DNA from: Abyssibacter profundi
GTDB lineage: Bacteria > Pseudomonadota > Gammaproteobacteria > Nevskiales > OUC007
NCBI RefSeq assembly: GCF_003151135.1
Contig: NZ_QEQK01000005.1
Coordinates: forward strand, 321,955 to 385,954
Reading direction: 5' to 3'
DNA: 64,000 nucleotides
Numbering within the stretch: position 1 is the stretch's first letter; every line of letters begins with the position of its first letter. The notes below the pieces were generated by a model that saw nothing but the letters and a program-made list of their open reading frames with translations, was not told the origin of the DNA and did no database searches. A program made the translations under genes and the position numbers. Shown piece by piece: positions 37,623-47,944 of this stretch.

Positions 37623-39039
37623 TCGCTTTCAGGCGCTCGATCGCGCCGGCCAGTTCGCGCTGGATTCGCGTCTGGTTGCGGATTAAATCCAGTTGCGGCC
37701 AGGTGGCCCGTTCGCCCAGCAGGATGTAGTGGTGCAGGTCGTCCACCGAGGGGTTGCTCAGCAGCTTGCGATACATCCAGGCATTCATCGGTGGGTGGAT
37801 GTTGGTGTCACCCCGGTAATCCTGCTCGGCCAGTAGCCGGGCGTGCTCCAGCACGTTGTGCAGACCGTCGCGCTTGACCCGCGCCTGCAGCACCTTGAGC
37901 GTTTGCACCGCCTGCACCCGGGTGCTGGAGAGCATCAGGTCGGCCGCCAGTGCCGGCAGACTGCGGCCACCCCGGCTGGCCAGAAACGGCACGGCGTGCG
38001 GGTTGACCTGACTGACGATGAAATGGTTCACGTTGTAGAGCCGACCCAGACGTTTGGTGGGCAGGTCGCCTTGAAAGGTGCCATCAACCCAGCGTTCGTC
38101 AGGCAGATACGGCGTGATCTGCCCATTCGGCTGGCGGGCCTGCAGCATCACCGGCGGGAACAGCCCCGGCACGGCCGAGGAAGCGACCACCGCATCGCTG
38201 ACCAGGACATCCGGCGCAGTCTTGTCGCTCAGCACGCGAGGTTTTTGTCGCGCACGGCTGGGGGAGACGCTGATGCACAGGGCGCGGCCTGAGCGTGCCC
38301 GGGCCTCGGCGAAGGTGGTGTCGCCGATATTCTCCAGTGCGCAGCGCCGGTACTGGGCCTGGTCGAGCAGCCCGCCATCGCGCCAGGCCCGGCGTGGCGG
38401 CAGAAAACGAATGCCCAAGCGGTAGACCGCGTCGAGGTCGCCGAACAGCGCCTTGAGTTCGGCGTCGCTGCGATTGCAGACCGCCGCAGCCACCATCGAG
38501 CCGATGCTCGACCCGCAGATCACCTCCGGCAGCAGGCCCTGGTCCAGCAGCGCCTTGATGACACCCAGGTGGAAGAACCCCATGGCGGCCCCACCGCTGA
38601 GCAGCAGGGCGGGCTGCCCCAGCGTGAACTGCGCGGCGGTGAGCAGGCGCAGGCGGCTTTCGGCATCGCTGGGGCTGTCCGCGGCCTCGGCATAGGCCGT
38701 CAGCGCGGCGCCAACGGCTTCCAGGTAGTCCTCGACAATCTGCTTCGTTCCGGAGCGTGCAACGTTGTAAAGATGCGGCGCGGTGAGGTCGCCCTGGTGG
38801 CGGTAAATGCTCTCGTGCAGCGTCTCCGCTAGCGCCGTCCAGTCCCGCCGGCGGACCAGCGCATCAATGCGGGCGATATCCCGGCGTAGCAGGTCGGCCG
38901 CCAGTTCCGGGCTGTCGTCTTCGGCCCGCCAGTCATCGGCTCCCGTGGCCGCATCCAGTGCATGCGCGGCCTCGCGCCACTCCGCATAACTGGAGGCGTC
39001 GGCAAGCGCGTTTTTAAGACGACGAATCTGGCGGGGCAT
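37603..39039 (-). CDS. Patatin-like phospholipase (DUF3336 plus patatin domain)
   Basis: [16 protein letters not shown] Gly-rich loop and GSSIGS (GXSXG) nucleophile. 20-nt convergent overlap with arsH. Start at ATG 39039. Confidence 0.8.
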   Translation of the reverse strand: MPRQIRRLKNALADASSYAEWREAAHALDAATGADDWRAEDDSPELAADLLRRDIARIDALVRRRDWTALAETLHESIYRHQGDLTAPHLYNVARSGTKQIVEDYLEAVGAALTAYAEAADSPSDAESRLRLLTAAQFTLGQPALLLSGGAAMGFFHLGVIKALLDQGLLPEVICGSSIGSMVAAAVCNRSDAELKALFGDLDAVYRLGIRFLPPRRAWRDGGLLDQAQYRRCALENIGDTTFAEARARSGRALCISVSPSRARQKPRVLSDKTAPDVLVSDAVVASSAVPGLFPPVMLQARQPNGQITPYLPDERWVDGTFQGDLPTKRLGRLYNVNHFIVSQVNPHAVPFLASRGGRSLPALAADLMLSSTRVQAVQTLKVLQARVKRDGLHNVLEHARLLAEQDYRGDTNIHPPMNAWMYRKLLSNPSVDDLHHYILLGERATWPQLDLIRNQTRIQRELAGAIERLKATTARAG

Positions 39040-39237
39040 GTGCGACAAGCCATTGGAATCGGCGGCACATGATGCCACCCGAGGCGAACGGTTGAAGCCG
39101 ATGAGGTCCGCGTCACCCGTGGATTGCACTCGGCAATCACCTGTTACTGAGGCGGGGGCGGTGCTCGCTGCGCGGGCCGACGCAGGCTTGGGGAAGACCC
39201 GGGGCATGCCGTTCGGAGCCACGCGGCGGTCGCCTCC

Positions 39238-39954
39238 TCAACCCGTTAGTAGGAGATGCCCGACGAGCCCCAGGACAAATCCGGCCACGGCGCCCAGCGG
39301 CGGTGACCAGCGGCGTTCCAGCCGCGCCTGCGGCGCAATGTCCTCGAAAATCAGATAGAGGATGCCGCCGCTGGCGAACAGCATGAGTCCACCCATGAGG
39401 CTTGGCGCATCGGGTAGCAGAAAGTAGCCGGATAGGGCGGCGGCCGGTCCAACGAGCGCGAGCAGGGCGAAGACCGCCAGAATGCGTTCGGGTGAGCTGT
39501 GTTGCCGGGCGTCGAGTTCTTCAAAGGCATTAAAGCCTTCCGGAATGTTTTGCAGCACGATCAGCAGCGCCAGCAGAACACCCGTTTGCTCGCCGGCTGC
39601 AAAGGCGGCGCCGAGGGCGATAGCCTCAGGGATGAAATCCGACAACATCGCAACCATCTGGCCGGCTGCGCTTTGTAGCCGCCCGAGCCAGATATCCAGC
39701 AAACAGAAGACGATGCCGCCAGCCCCGAAGCTCAGCGCGGCCAGCCAGATCGGCAGCTGTTCAGCGCCGTCGGGCACCAGCACGAGGGCCACGGCGGACA
39801 GCAATGCGCCACCCCCGAACGCAACGATGAAGTGACGCCAACCGGGCCCCAGCACGGCCGGATGCAGGCGATCCCAGCGTGCCAAAGCCGCGCCAACCGG
39901 CATGGAGGCACCCGCCAACAGCGACAGCGCGAGCAGGGTGGCAAGCGTGTCCAT
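39238..39954 (-). CDS. ZIP family metal (zinc) transporter, ZupT-like
   Basis: 8 TM with the QNIPEGF motif (compare HNIPEG in ZupT). Overlaps the MBL-fold gene stop. Confidence 0.8.
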   Translation of the reverse strand: MDTLATLLALSLLAGASMPVGAALARWDRLHPAVLGPGWRHFIVAFGGGALLSAVALVLVPDGAEQLPIWLAALSFGAGGIVFCLLDIWLGRLQSAAGQMVAMLSDFIPEAIALGAAFAAGEQTGVLLALLIVLQNIPEGFNAFEELDARQHSSPERILAVFALLALVGPAAALSGYFLLPDAPSLMGGLMLFASGGILYLIFEDIAPQARLERRWSPPLGAVAGFVLGLVGHLLLTG

Positions 39955-40826
39955 CAAGCCGGCTGGATCAGCGTCCAGTGGTGATCGCGGTGGTGGACCC
40001 GTTCATCGTCCACCAGCTTGTCGAGATGCGCGATGAGGCTGCGGGCGGCGAGCGGATGCAACGCGGCGGGCACGTCGGCATAGACCACCGGAAGCAGAGC
40101 GTCCAGCGTGGCAGGCTCGCCGAATTGCTCCAGCCCGGCGATGACCTTGGCTTCGCGGGCCAGCCGATGTGCGATGACACCGTCGATGATGTCGATGGGC
40201 GGGCTGAGCGGGTTGCCGTGTGCCGGGAGAATGCGCTGGATCGGCTCTTCGCGCAGGCGGCGCAGCGAGGCGAGGTAGTCGCCCATATGGCCGTCGGGAG
40301 GGGCGATCACCACGGTGCCACCGTCCATGAACTGGTCGCCGGCAATGAGGTCGCCGGTGGCTTCGTTCAGATAACAAAGGTGATTACAGGCGTGGCCCGG
40401 CGTGTAAAGCACGCGCAGTCGCAGGCCGTCGCCCTCAACAACATCGCCTTCATCCAACAGCTGATCTGGCGTGAAATCGGCGTCGCGGGCGCCCTGTAGC
40501 TCCGCATGATGGGAATAAATGCGTGCTCCGGTGGCTTCGGCCAGTTCCCGCGCGCCGGGTGAGTGGTCGGGATGGGTGTGCGTGAGCAGTATCCAGCGAA
40601 TCCGCCCTTCAGCCGCCGCGAGAATGGTGTCGAGATGCCGCGTGTCACGAACGCCGGGGTCGATCACCGCCACCGCCTGTTCGCCCACCAGGTAGGTGTT
40701 GGTGCCGGGGCCGGTGAGCGGTCCGGGATTGGGGGCCGTGATTCGCTGCACCCCCTGTCCGAGGTCGCGCAGGGTGTAGGGCGGAAACGCCTCGCGCACG
40801 GCGGCGCTGTTCCACGGGGCCGTCAT
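39954..40826 (-). CDS. MBL-fold metallo-hydrolase
   Basis: LLTHTHPDHSPG (HxHxDH) motif. Start at ATG 40826. Confidence 0.8.
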   Translation of the reverse strand: MTAPWNSAAVREAFPPYTLRDLGQGVQRITAPNPGPLTGPGTNTYLVGEQAVAVIDPGVRDTRHLDTILAAAEGRIRWILLTHTHPDHSPGARELAEATGARIYSHHAELQGARDADFTPDQLLDEGDVVEGDGLRLRVLYTPGHACNHLCYLNEATGDLIAGDQFMDGGTVVIAPPDGHMGDYLASLRRLREEPIQRILPAHGNPLSPPIDIIDGVIAHRLAREAKVIAGLEQFGEPATLDALLPVVYADVPAALHPLAARSLIAHLDKLVDDERVHHRDHHWTLIQPA

Positions 40827-41034
40827 ATCTGTTGTCGCCGACAAAGCGTGGTGTTCAAGCCGGGGCGTTGCAGCATGGCGCGGGTTGTCGTCGGAGTGTG
40901 GCCGCAGCTTACTGGATGCGCGCCCGGCAACTCACCCCCGGCGGGCCGGGTCGTCGCATACACTGGGTGTCGAACAAGAAACGAAGCAGCCGTGGCGACT
41001 GGCGACCGTGCTGCGCGATGGCGGGGAGAGACCG

Positions 41035-43707
41035 ATGAGCAGGCAGGCAATGCGGCCGAAGCTGGGCGCGGGGGATGTGGAAGCAGCCGAGTGGCGCGAT
41101 GCGCTGCTGTCACTGTTGGAGGCCGACGGCCCGGAGCGCGTTCGCGCCATGCTGGATCTGCTCCAGGATGTTGCCGAGCGGGCCGGCGTGGGCTGGCGGC
41201 CGGTACTGGGCACGCCCTATGTGAACAGCATCTCCGTGCAGGAGCAGCCGGAGTTTCCGGGTGATCTGGCCATGGAGGAGCGCCTGGCTTCGATGATGCG
41301 CTGGAACGCCCTGGCCATGGTCGTGCGCGCCAATCAGGCCTATGGCGAACTGGGTGGTCACATTGCCAGCTATGCCAGCGCCGCCGACCTGTTCGAGGTG
41401 GGCTTCAACCACTTCTTCCACGGCGCCGAGCGCGATGGCGGCGATCTGGTGTTCTACCAGCCGCATTCGGCCCCGGGCGTCTACGCGCGGGCGTTTCTGG
41501 AAGGGCGTCTGAGCGCGGAGGATCTGGCGCATTACCGGCAGGAAATTACGGCCCGACGTGACGGCGCACAGGGCCTGTCGAGCTATCCCCATCCCTGGCT
41601 CATGCCCGACTTCTGGCAGTTCCCGACCGGGTCCATGGGCATCGGGCCGATCAGCTCGATCTACCACGCTCGCTTCATGCGCTACCTGGCCCATCGCGGT
41701 CTGGCGGACACGGCAGGCCGAACGGTCTGGGGGGTGTTCGGCGATGGCGAAATGGACGAGCCCGAGAGCATGTCCGCGCTAACGCTGGCGGCGCGTGAGC
41801 GCCTCGACAATCTGGTCTGGGTGGTCAACTGCAATCTGCAGCGTCTGGACGGCCCGGTGCGCGGCAACGGGCGGATCATCGACGAGCTGGAAGCCTTGTT
41901 CGCCGGTGCCGGCTGGCGCGTCATCAAGTTGGTCTGGGGTTCGGATTGGGATGGGCTGTTTGCCCGCGATACCGACGAGGCCCTGATTCAGGCCTTTGCC
42001 GACACGGTGGATGGTCAATTCCAGACCTTTGCCGCCAAGGACGGGCGATACAACCGCGAGCATTTCTTCGGCCAGAACGAGGCGCTTAAGCGGTTGGCGC
42101 AAGGGCTGACCGACGAACAGATCGACCGGCTGCGTCGAGGCGGGCACGACCTCGTCAAGATCTACGCTGCCTACGCGGCCGCGGCTGCCCACACGGGCCA
42201 ACCCACCGTGATTCTGGCCCAGACCAAGAAAGGCTTCGGGATGGGGGAGGCCGGCCAGGGCAAGATGACCACGCATCAGCAGAAAAAGCTGGATCGCGAC
42301 GCGATTCTGGCGTTTCGCAACCGCTTCAATCTGCCGCTGTCGGATGCGCAGGCCGAGGCCCTGGCGATTTACCATCCGGGCGAGGACAGCCCCGAGCTGC
42401 AGTATCTGCATGCGCGGCGCCAGGCGTTGGGCGGCTACCTGCCGGCACGTCGCAGCCAGGCCGATGCTCTCAGCCCGCCTGCGATTAGCAGCTACGGTCG
42501 CTTTGCGCTGCAGGCCGAAGGCAAGTCCATGTCCACGACCATGGCCTTTGTCCGCATGCTTTCGGGGCTGCTCAAGCACAAATCATTCGGCCCACGTGTC
42601 GTGCCCATCGTCGCGGATGAGGCGCGGACCTTCGGCATGGCCAACCTGTTCAAGCAGTTCGGCATCTATTCCAGTGCGGGGCAGCAGTACGAGCCGGAAG
42701 ACATCGGCTCCATCCTGAGCTACCGCGAGGCGCTGGACGGCCAGATTCTGGAAGAAGGCATCAGCGAGGCGGGCGCGCTGAGCAGCTGGGTGGCCGCTGC
42801 GACCAGTTACTCGGTGCATGGCGTGCCCATGCTGCCGTTTTACATCTACTACTCGATGTTCGGCTTCCAACGCGTGGGCGATTTGATCTGGGCGGCCGCC
42901 GACCAGCGGGCCCGCGGGTTTCTGCTGGGGGCAACGGCCGGCAGGACCACGCTGGGCGGCGAGGGTCTGCAACACCAGGACGGCCACAGCCATCTGATGG
43001 CTGCCACGGTCCCGAATTGCCGGGCCTATGACCCGGCCTTGGCCTACGAGGTCGCGGTCATCGTCGATCATGGCATGCAGGCCATGCTGCACCGTCAGGA
43101 GGACGTGTTCTATTACCTGACGCTGACCAACGAAAACGTCGACAACCCCAGCCTGCCCGAAGGCGTAGAGGCCGACATCATCCGGGGGCTTTACTGCCTG
43201 ACGGGTGAGAACACGGCGGCCGTCCGGCTGCTGGGGTCGGGCTCCATGCTCGCCGAAGTCCAGGCGGCAGCCGAGCAATTACGCGACGACTGGGGGGTGG
43301 ATGCGCAGGTCTGGAGTGCAACCAGCTACACCGAACTGGAGCGCGAAGCGCGGGCGGTGCAGCGCTGGAATCTGCAACACCCCGATCAGCCGGCGCGCAG
43401 CGCGCATGTCGCTGCCAGCCTGGATGGCGAGGCCCCGGTAATCGCGGTCACCGACTACCAGCGGGCGCTTCCGCAACTGGTTGCCGCACATATCGCCGCG
43501 CCGTTTGTCGCGCTGGGCACGGATGGGTTTGGGCGCAGCGATACGCGGCCGGCGCTGCGCGATTTCTTCGAGATCGACCGTCGCCATATTGTCTGTAGCG
43601 CACTGGCGACCCTGGCGCGCGAAGGCCGGGTGGAGGCCGCCGTCGCCATGCAGGCGCGACAGCAGTACCGCCTGGATGCCGAGGCGCTGCCGCCCTGGCA
43701 GCGATAA
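41035..43707 (+). CDS. aceE: Pyruvate dehydrogenase E1 component (homodimeric type)
   Basis: GGGGAGAG RBS. 890 aa. AceE-specific blocks (GGHIASYASAADLFEVGFNHFF, ThDP-binding GDGEMDEPES). No aceF or lpd follows. Confidence 0.9.
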   Translation: MSRQAMRPKLGAGDVEAAEWRDALLSLLEADGPERVRAMLDLLQDVAERAGVGWRPVLGTPYVNSISVQEQPEFPGDLAMEERLASMMRWNALAMVVRANQAYGELGGHIASYASAADLFEVGFNHFFHGAERDGGDLVFYQPHSAPGVYARAFLEGRLSAEDLAHYRQEITARRDGAQGLSSYPHPWLMPDFWQFPTGSMGIGPISSIYHARFMRYLAHRGLADTAGRTVWGVFGDGEMDEPESMSALTLAARERLDNLVWVVNCNLQRLDGPVRGNGRIIDELEALFAGAGWRVIKLVWGSDWDGLFARDTDEALIQAFADTVDGQFQTFAAKDGRYNREHFFGQNEALKRLAQGLTDEQIDRLRRGGHDLVKIYAAYAAAAAHTGQPTVILAQTKKGFGMGEAGQGKMTTHQQKKLDRDAILAFRNRFNLPLSDAQAEALAIYHPGEDSPELQYLHARRQALGGYLPARRSQADALSPPAISSYGRFALQAEGKSMSTTMAFVRMLSGLLKHKSFGPRVVPIVADEARTFGMANLFKQFGIYSSAGQQYEPEDIGSILSYREALDGQILEEGISEAGALSSWVAAATSYSVHGVPMLPFYIYYSMFGFQRVGDLIWAAADQRARGFLLGATAGRTTLGGEGLQHQDGHSHLMAATVPNCRAYDPALAYEVAVIVDHGMQAMLHRQEDVFYYLTLTNENVDNPSLPEGVEADIIRGLYCLTGENTAAVRLLGSGSMLAEVQAAAEQLRDDWGVDAQVWSATSYTELEREARAVQRWNLQHPDQPARSAHVAASLDGEAPVIAVTDYQRALPQLVAAHIAAPFVALGTDGFGRSDTRPALRDFFEIDRRHIVCSALATLAREGRVEAAVAMQARQQYRLDAEALPPWQR

Positions 43708-43712
43708 CCGGC

Positions 43713-43729
43713 CGGGCATCGAATGCCCG
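43713..43729. terminator. Hairpin CGGGCAT-CGA-ATGCCCG immediately after aceE (no clear U-tract)
   Basis: Read directly. Confidence 0.3.
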
Positions 43730-43812
43730 TGACCTGATGTCCGAATGACCTGACGGAATCCGCATGGAGTGAGTAGGCCAGTGCTGGCCGGATGATCGTC
43801 AGGGAGCGAGAC

Positions 43813-46617
43813 ATGACAAAGGCTGTGCGAAACGGGCCCAAGGCGCTGTATGCGCTCACCCTCGGACTGGTGCTGCTGACCGGCTGCGGTGGCCCGGCGT
43901 CCATGGAACTCACCGATGTGCCTGCCGATGATCCGACCGGCGGCGCGGGTGACCCCAGCACCGACCCGGGCACCGGGATTGCGACCCTGACCGCGCTTGA
44001 GGGCTGTCAGGCGATCGCCCCGCATGGCGGCTCCAGCTTCGTGCCCGGCGCACAGGTCGAAATCTCGGATGTGCCCGAAGGCATCGATGGGTTGTTCTTC
44101 GAACTGCGCGAGGCGTTTAGCGAAGACCCTTGGGTGTTTAGCGGCCCGGTTGATCGGGTGCGCCTGGACGTACCACGACTGGATGATGGCACCCCGGTCT
44201 TCCCGGGGCCCGACACCCGGGCGGCGCTCATCATGCCCATGGCCGCGGATGGCGACCCGGAGGGTGGGGTGCTGGAGCTGCGACTGCGGACCGAGACGGC
44301 TGCCTGTAACCCGTTCACGGTGGAAGCCCTGGCGCTGCCTCAGCCGCAAGGCGACGAGGCGCAGCGTCTGATGAGCGACATGGGGCGCGTGTTCGATCAG
44401 TTCGCGGCGATTTATGGCTTTCCGTCTTTGCAGGCCGTGGTCGAAACCGATTTGCAGGACATCTCGGTCGATCTGCAGCCGCTGGCCATTGAACTCAAGT
44501 TCCTGGCCATGCTGTTGGGCGTGACGGCCGATGGTGTGTCACCGGCGCCGGACAGCCTGGCCGCTCGCCTGGCGTCCATCGATGCCGATGGGCTGGAGCT
44601 GTTGCAGCGCATGCTGGCAGCCACCCGCCTCAATGAGCAGGTGCAGTCCGTGGCAGATGGCCTGATGACGGCGGTGCCTCCGGCCAGCACCGCCCGGCGA
44701 TCCGGACCAGCCGGTCGCAAGATGGACAACTTCGGAGGTTGTCGCGTCGTCTCGCCGCCCGCACCCACGATTAGCACCACGGAGGGCCTGAGCACGGCGA
44801 TGCAGCTCGCCCACGAGGCGGGTATCACCAATCTGACAGGCAACGCCACCACCGGACTCCAACAGGCCGTGGGTTTGCTGGGCGCCGCCAAAGGCCCGAC
44901 GGGGACGGTCTTCGGCGCCCTGGGCGACGTCTCGTTCGTGCTGCTCAAGGTGTCGGAGATGGCCGAAGGCTTGCTGCCTTCACAGTTCGGGCCGCTGCAT
45001 TACGACTTGCTGCGACCGGAGCTGCTGGAGGATGACCGCGATGCCGGCCGCCTGCTGACCTGGGATAACGCGCGTGTGACGGCCATGAGCAAGGGCTTGC
45101 GCATCACCAAGGCCATTGTCGATACGGCCGTGTTTCTGCTGGGTAAAAAGTTCGATGAGGTGGCCATTTTTGCGACCGTTTTCCAGCCCCAGCTCAATAC
45201 GCTTTACGACCAGTTGAACGAGTCCGCCTGTCTGGCCATCGAGCCGTTCGAATACGGCGAATTTGAGATCACCGACGAACGCTGGACCGAAGCCACGGCG
45301 GACAACCGCCTGTTCACCCAATCGGAGCATCAGGTGTTTCTGCCGGCCCAGGTGGGTTCGGGCCTGCTCCGGGTCAGCACGCGGCGCGATGCATTTCCGG
45401 TGGACCTGGCGCAGATGAGCATGCCCCTGAGCGTGCTGCCCAAGGAGGTCTCGGTGACGCCGGTGTCCCAGGCCGGCGGGCCCAGCGAGCCGCAGACGGT
45501 TACGGCAACCGTGCACAACACGCATTTCCCGGATCATGTGGCGTTTCGTGTCACGGCCGGCCAGGCCTCGCCGATCGGACAGCCGCGTTTCGACGGCACC
45601 TCGGTGACACAGGATTTTGCGGTCGGCGGAGACCCGGCCGATTTTCCCGTTCACATAGTGGCCGAGAGCACGACCACAGCCCTGCAGGGGCAGGCGCAGG
45701 GGCAATCCATCATCCGCTTTGAGCGCGATCTTCGGATCGAGGGGCCGGGCTGTGTCGAAACCGGAGAGACGGTGCAGCTGGTCGCCTTCGTCGATACAAC
45801 GTCGATGCGCCCCGAGGACATGGCGCTGAACTGGCACGCCGATGCCGGTGCGCTCAATGTGCTGCCCGTCACCGACCCGGCACGCCAAGTGGCTGAGTTC
45901 ACGGCGCCGGCCGATCGGGCGTTGCGCTTGGAGGTCTCGGCAGCATTCACCAATGCAACGGACGTGATGGCGACGCAGGCGCTGATGATCGGGCGCTGCG
46001 ACAGCGTGAATCCGCTGTATCTGTTTGCGACCGCCAGCGTGGACGTACGCAACGATGACGCGCGCGTGACCGACAGCCTGCCGCTGCCTTCACCGGATTG
46101 GACCGGCCTATCGACCTCGCTGTCAGCGGAGCTTAGCGGCGGGCGCAGCGACTTCGGGGTGCTGGTGGACGAGGCGCAAACCGTGGCCGGATCGGTTGGG
46201 CTGGATGCCAACAGCCAGACCATCAGCGAGTTGGGTCTGACCCTGCGTTACATTCGGGGGGCGGTCACCCGGCCCGGTGTCTACCGCTACGGACTGGAGG
46301 TGGCCTGCGGCGAGGGCACGCGTTCGCAAAGCGGTTCGTTTGTCATCATTCGCAACAGCTTTTACAGCGATGCCGACGGTGACTTGCAGGCGGCCGTGAT
46401 CGGCAATCCGGGTGAGGGCCGGGTGAGTGAGTGCGAAGGCGGGTTGGTCCGCTTCGAGTTTCCCATCGAGGTGCCGGCAGGCACGGCCAGCGATGCCGAG
46501 CCGGGCTTCCTGCAAACCGACGTGATCATGGAGTTTGGCCTGGGTGCGCAGGACGTCCCCCAGCGCACCGACCATCAATTCGATATGCGCTACCTCGGAC
46601 GTAGCGACCTGCCCTAA
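43813..46617 (+). CDS. Large (934 aa) hypothetical lipoprotein of unknown function
   Basis: AGGGAG RBS. Lipobox LVLLTGCGG. No recognisable catalytic motifs. Asp/Gly/Thr-rich N-terminus. Confidence 0.6.
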   Translation: MTKAVRNGPKALYALTLGLVLLTGCGGPASMELTDVPADDPTGGAGDPSTDPGTGIATLTALEGCQAIAPHGGSSFVPGAQVEISDVPEGIDGLFFELREAFSEDPWVFSGPVDRVRLDVPRLDDGTPVFPGPDTRAALIMPMAADGDPEGGVLELRLRTETAACNPFTVEALALPQPQGDEAQRLMSDMGRVFDQFAAIYGFPSLQAVVETDLQDISVDLQPLAIELKFLAMLLGVTADGVSPAPDSLAARLASIDADGLELLQRMLAATRLNEQVQSVADGLMTAVPPASTARRSGPAGRKMDNFGGCRVVSPPAPTISTTEGLSTAMQLAHEAGITNLTGNATTGLQQAVGLLGAAKGPTGTVFGALGDVSFVLLKVSEMAEGLLPSQFGPLHYDLLRPELLEDDRDAGRLLTWDNARVTAMSKGLRITKAIVDTAVFLLGKKFDEVAIFATVFQPQLNTLYDQLNESACLAIEPFEYGEFEITDERWTEATADNRLFTQSEHQVFLPAQVGSGLLRVSTRRDAFPVDLAQMSMPLSVLPKEVSVTPVSQAGGPSEPQTVTATVHNTHFPDHVAFRVTAGQASPIGQPRFDGTSVTQDFAVGGDPADFPVHIVAESTTTALQGQAQGQSIIRFERDLRIEGPGCVETGETVQLVAFVDTTSMRPEDMALNWHADAGALNVLPVTDPARQVAEFTAPADRALRLEVSAAFTNATDVMATQALMIGRCDSVNPLYLFATASVDVRNDDARVTDSLPLPSPDWTGLSTSLSAELSGGRSDFGVLVDEAQTVAGSVGLDANSQTISELGLTLRYIRGAVTRPGVYRYGLEVACGEGTRSQSGSFVIIRNSFYSDADGDLQAAVIGNPGEGRVSECEGGLVRFEFPIEVPAGTASDAEPGFLQTDVIMEFGLGAQDVPQRTDHQFDMRYLGRSDLP

Positions 46618-46619
46618 GG

Positions 46620-46817
46620 TCAGTCCCGGGTTCGGGCGGCTTCGGCCGCCCGCGCTGCGGGGCGATACAGCCGGGGCGAGTGTTCTTGCGCGGCCAGCCG
46701 TCCACAGACACGGTCGCCGTAATAATCGTCCCGGTAGTTACAGCGCACCGGGACCAGTGCAGGTTCCGGTGCCGCGGGGCGCAGCCACTGCGCCAGCCAG
46801 TTACTGATCTGCTGCAT
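46620..46817 (-). CDS. Small (65 aa) hypothetical protein with a CNYRDDYYGDRVCG segment
   Basis: ATG preceded by an AAGAGGA RBS. Contains the GC-rich hairpin GGGCGGC-TTCG-GCCGCCC near its 3' end. Confidence 0.35.
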   Translation of the reverse strand: MQQISNWLAQWLRPAAPEPALVPVRCNYRDDYYGDRVCGRLAAQEHSPRLYRPAARAAEAARTRD

Positions 46818-46863
46818 GGTGTCCTCTTTGCCACAAGTGATGACCTGATCATGCGTGCAGCTG

Positions 46864-46893
46864 GCCAATAACAAAAATGAATTATTTATTGGC
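46864..46893. promoter_or_regulatory. AT-rich inverted repeat GCCAATAA-N14-TTATTGGC between the nitroreductase stop and the small ORF start
   Basis: 8-bp perfect arms with an AT-only loop, in an otherwise 65% GC genome. Candidate operator or terminator. Confidence 0.3.
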
Positions 46894-46920
46894 TGGCGAT
46901 TGCTAAAAACAATGGTCTGC

Positions 46921-47655
46921 TCAGACTTCGTGGACGAAGCGCTTGCGGTCGAAGCGCATTTGTTCGTGGTAAATCCCCTTGGGATGGCGGCGGCCGGCGG
47001 CAATGACCATGACGGTGAACTCGTGGCGGCCATAGCCGCAGATTTCCCGGACGCGGGGTTCGTCAAAACCTTCCATGGGGCATGAATCAAAACCGTAGGC
47101 GCGCAGGGCCAGCATCAGGTTTTCGCAGGCCAGGGCGACGGATTTGGCCGCCCAGAGTTCCATGTCGGCATCGGTATTGGGGGTGCGCATCATGGGGCGG
47201 ACGAGACCGATGGCATCACGCACCGTCTTCTTGGCGCGGGCACCCAGGCCCAGCATGTCCATGGGCACCGAGCCGTACATAAACTGGGCCAGGCCACCGT
47301 AGTACTGGCGGACCACCTTGGGCGGCTCGCCCGGCCACCGCGCCAGGATGTCCTTGGCATGTTGGCGCCAGTTGCGTGTGTGGCCGGTGCAGACGATAAG
47401 CTCGGCTGCGGTTTTGGCCGCCTTCTGGCTCATGCAGGCCTTGATCAGTGCTTCGCGTTTCTCCGGGGTCGTGACCCGGTAGAAATTCCACATCTGCAGG
47501 TTGGAGCTGTTCGGCGCCATGAGGGCCAGATCCAGGCAGTCCTGCAGGACATCCTCCGGAATGGGTTCACTGGTGAACTGACGCACGGATCGGCGCGTGG
47601 TCACCGCTTTGCGGAACTCTTGCGGGTCGATGCTGGGCAAGCTGTCTTCGGTCAT
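46921..47655 (-). CDS. Nitroreductase family protein
   Basis: AGGAAGAG RBS. RRSVRQF FMN-binding motif and nitroreductase-fold pattern. 244 aa. The upstream extension is rejected. Confidence 0.8.
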   Translation of the reverse strand: MTEDSLPSIDPQEFRKAVTTRRSVRQFTSEPIPEDVLQDCLDLALMAPNSSNLQMWNFYRVTTPEKREALIKACMSQKAAKTAAELIVCTGHTRNWRQHAKDILARWPGEPPKVVRQYYGGLAQFMYGSVPMDMLGLGARAKKTVRDAIGLVRPMMRTPNTDADMELWAAKSVALACENLMLALRAYGFDSCPMEGFDEPRVREICGYGRHEFTVMVIAAGRRHPKGIYHEQMRFDRKRFVHEV

Positions 47656-47944
47656 TGTCTCTTCCTGGCGATCTTGAATCTTGCTAGTCGCGCGGCTCTT
47701 CCTGGCCGGTGACTTGGAACTTGAAGGCGCTGGTTTCGCTCGCATCTGCGCCGGCGCGGTCGCCGTTAAGCACCTGGCGGCGGGCTTCGTCCAGCGCCTG
47801 GTCAATGTCATCGATGGTGCGGCCTTCCAGGGTAATGGCAACTCGGAGCATGGCGGGGGTTGTGTGCAATCGGCGGGGCGCCATGGTCCCATAGCCGCCG
47901 GTCCAGCAGAACCGGAGACGCTCTGTTCAAGCGTCGCAGTCGTG

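Noticed and set aside
47684-47884. 66-aa minus-strand ORF (MLRVAITLEGRTIDDIDQALDEARRQV...) in the nitroreductase/PLC-like intergenic region, superficially dodecin/YbjN-like.
   Set aside because: It has no RBS and no clear family match. The resemblance to dodecin is weak and lacks the W-F-E-V core. It is kept as a low-priority possibility only.
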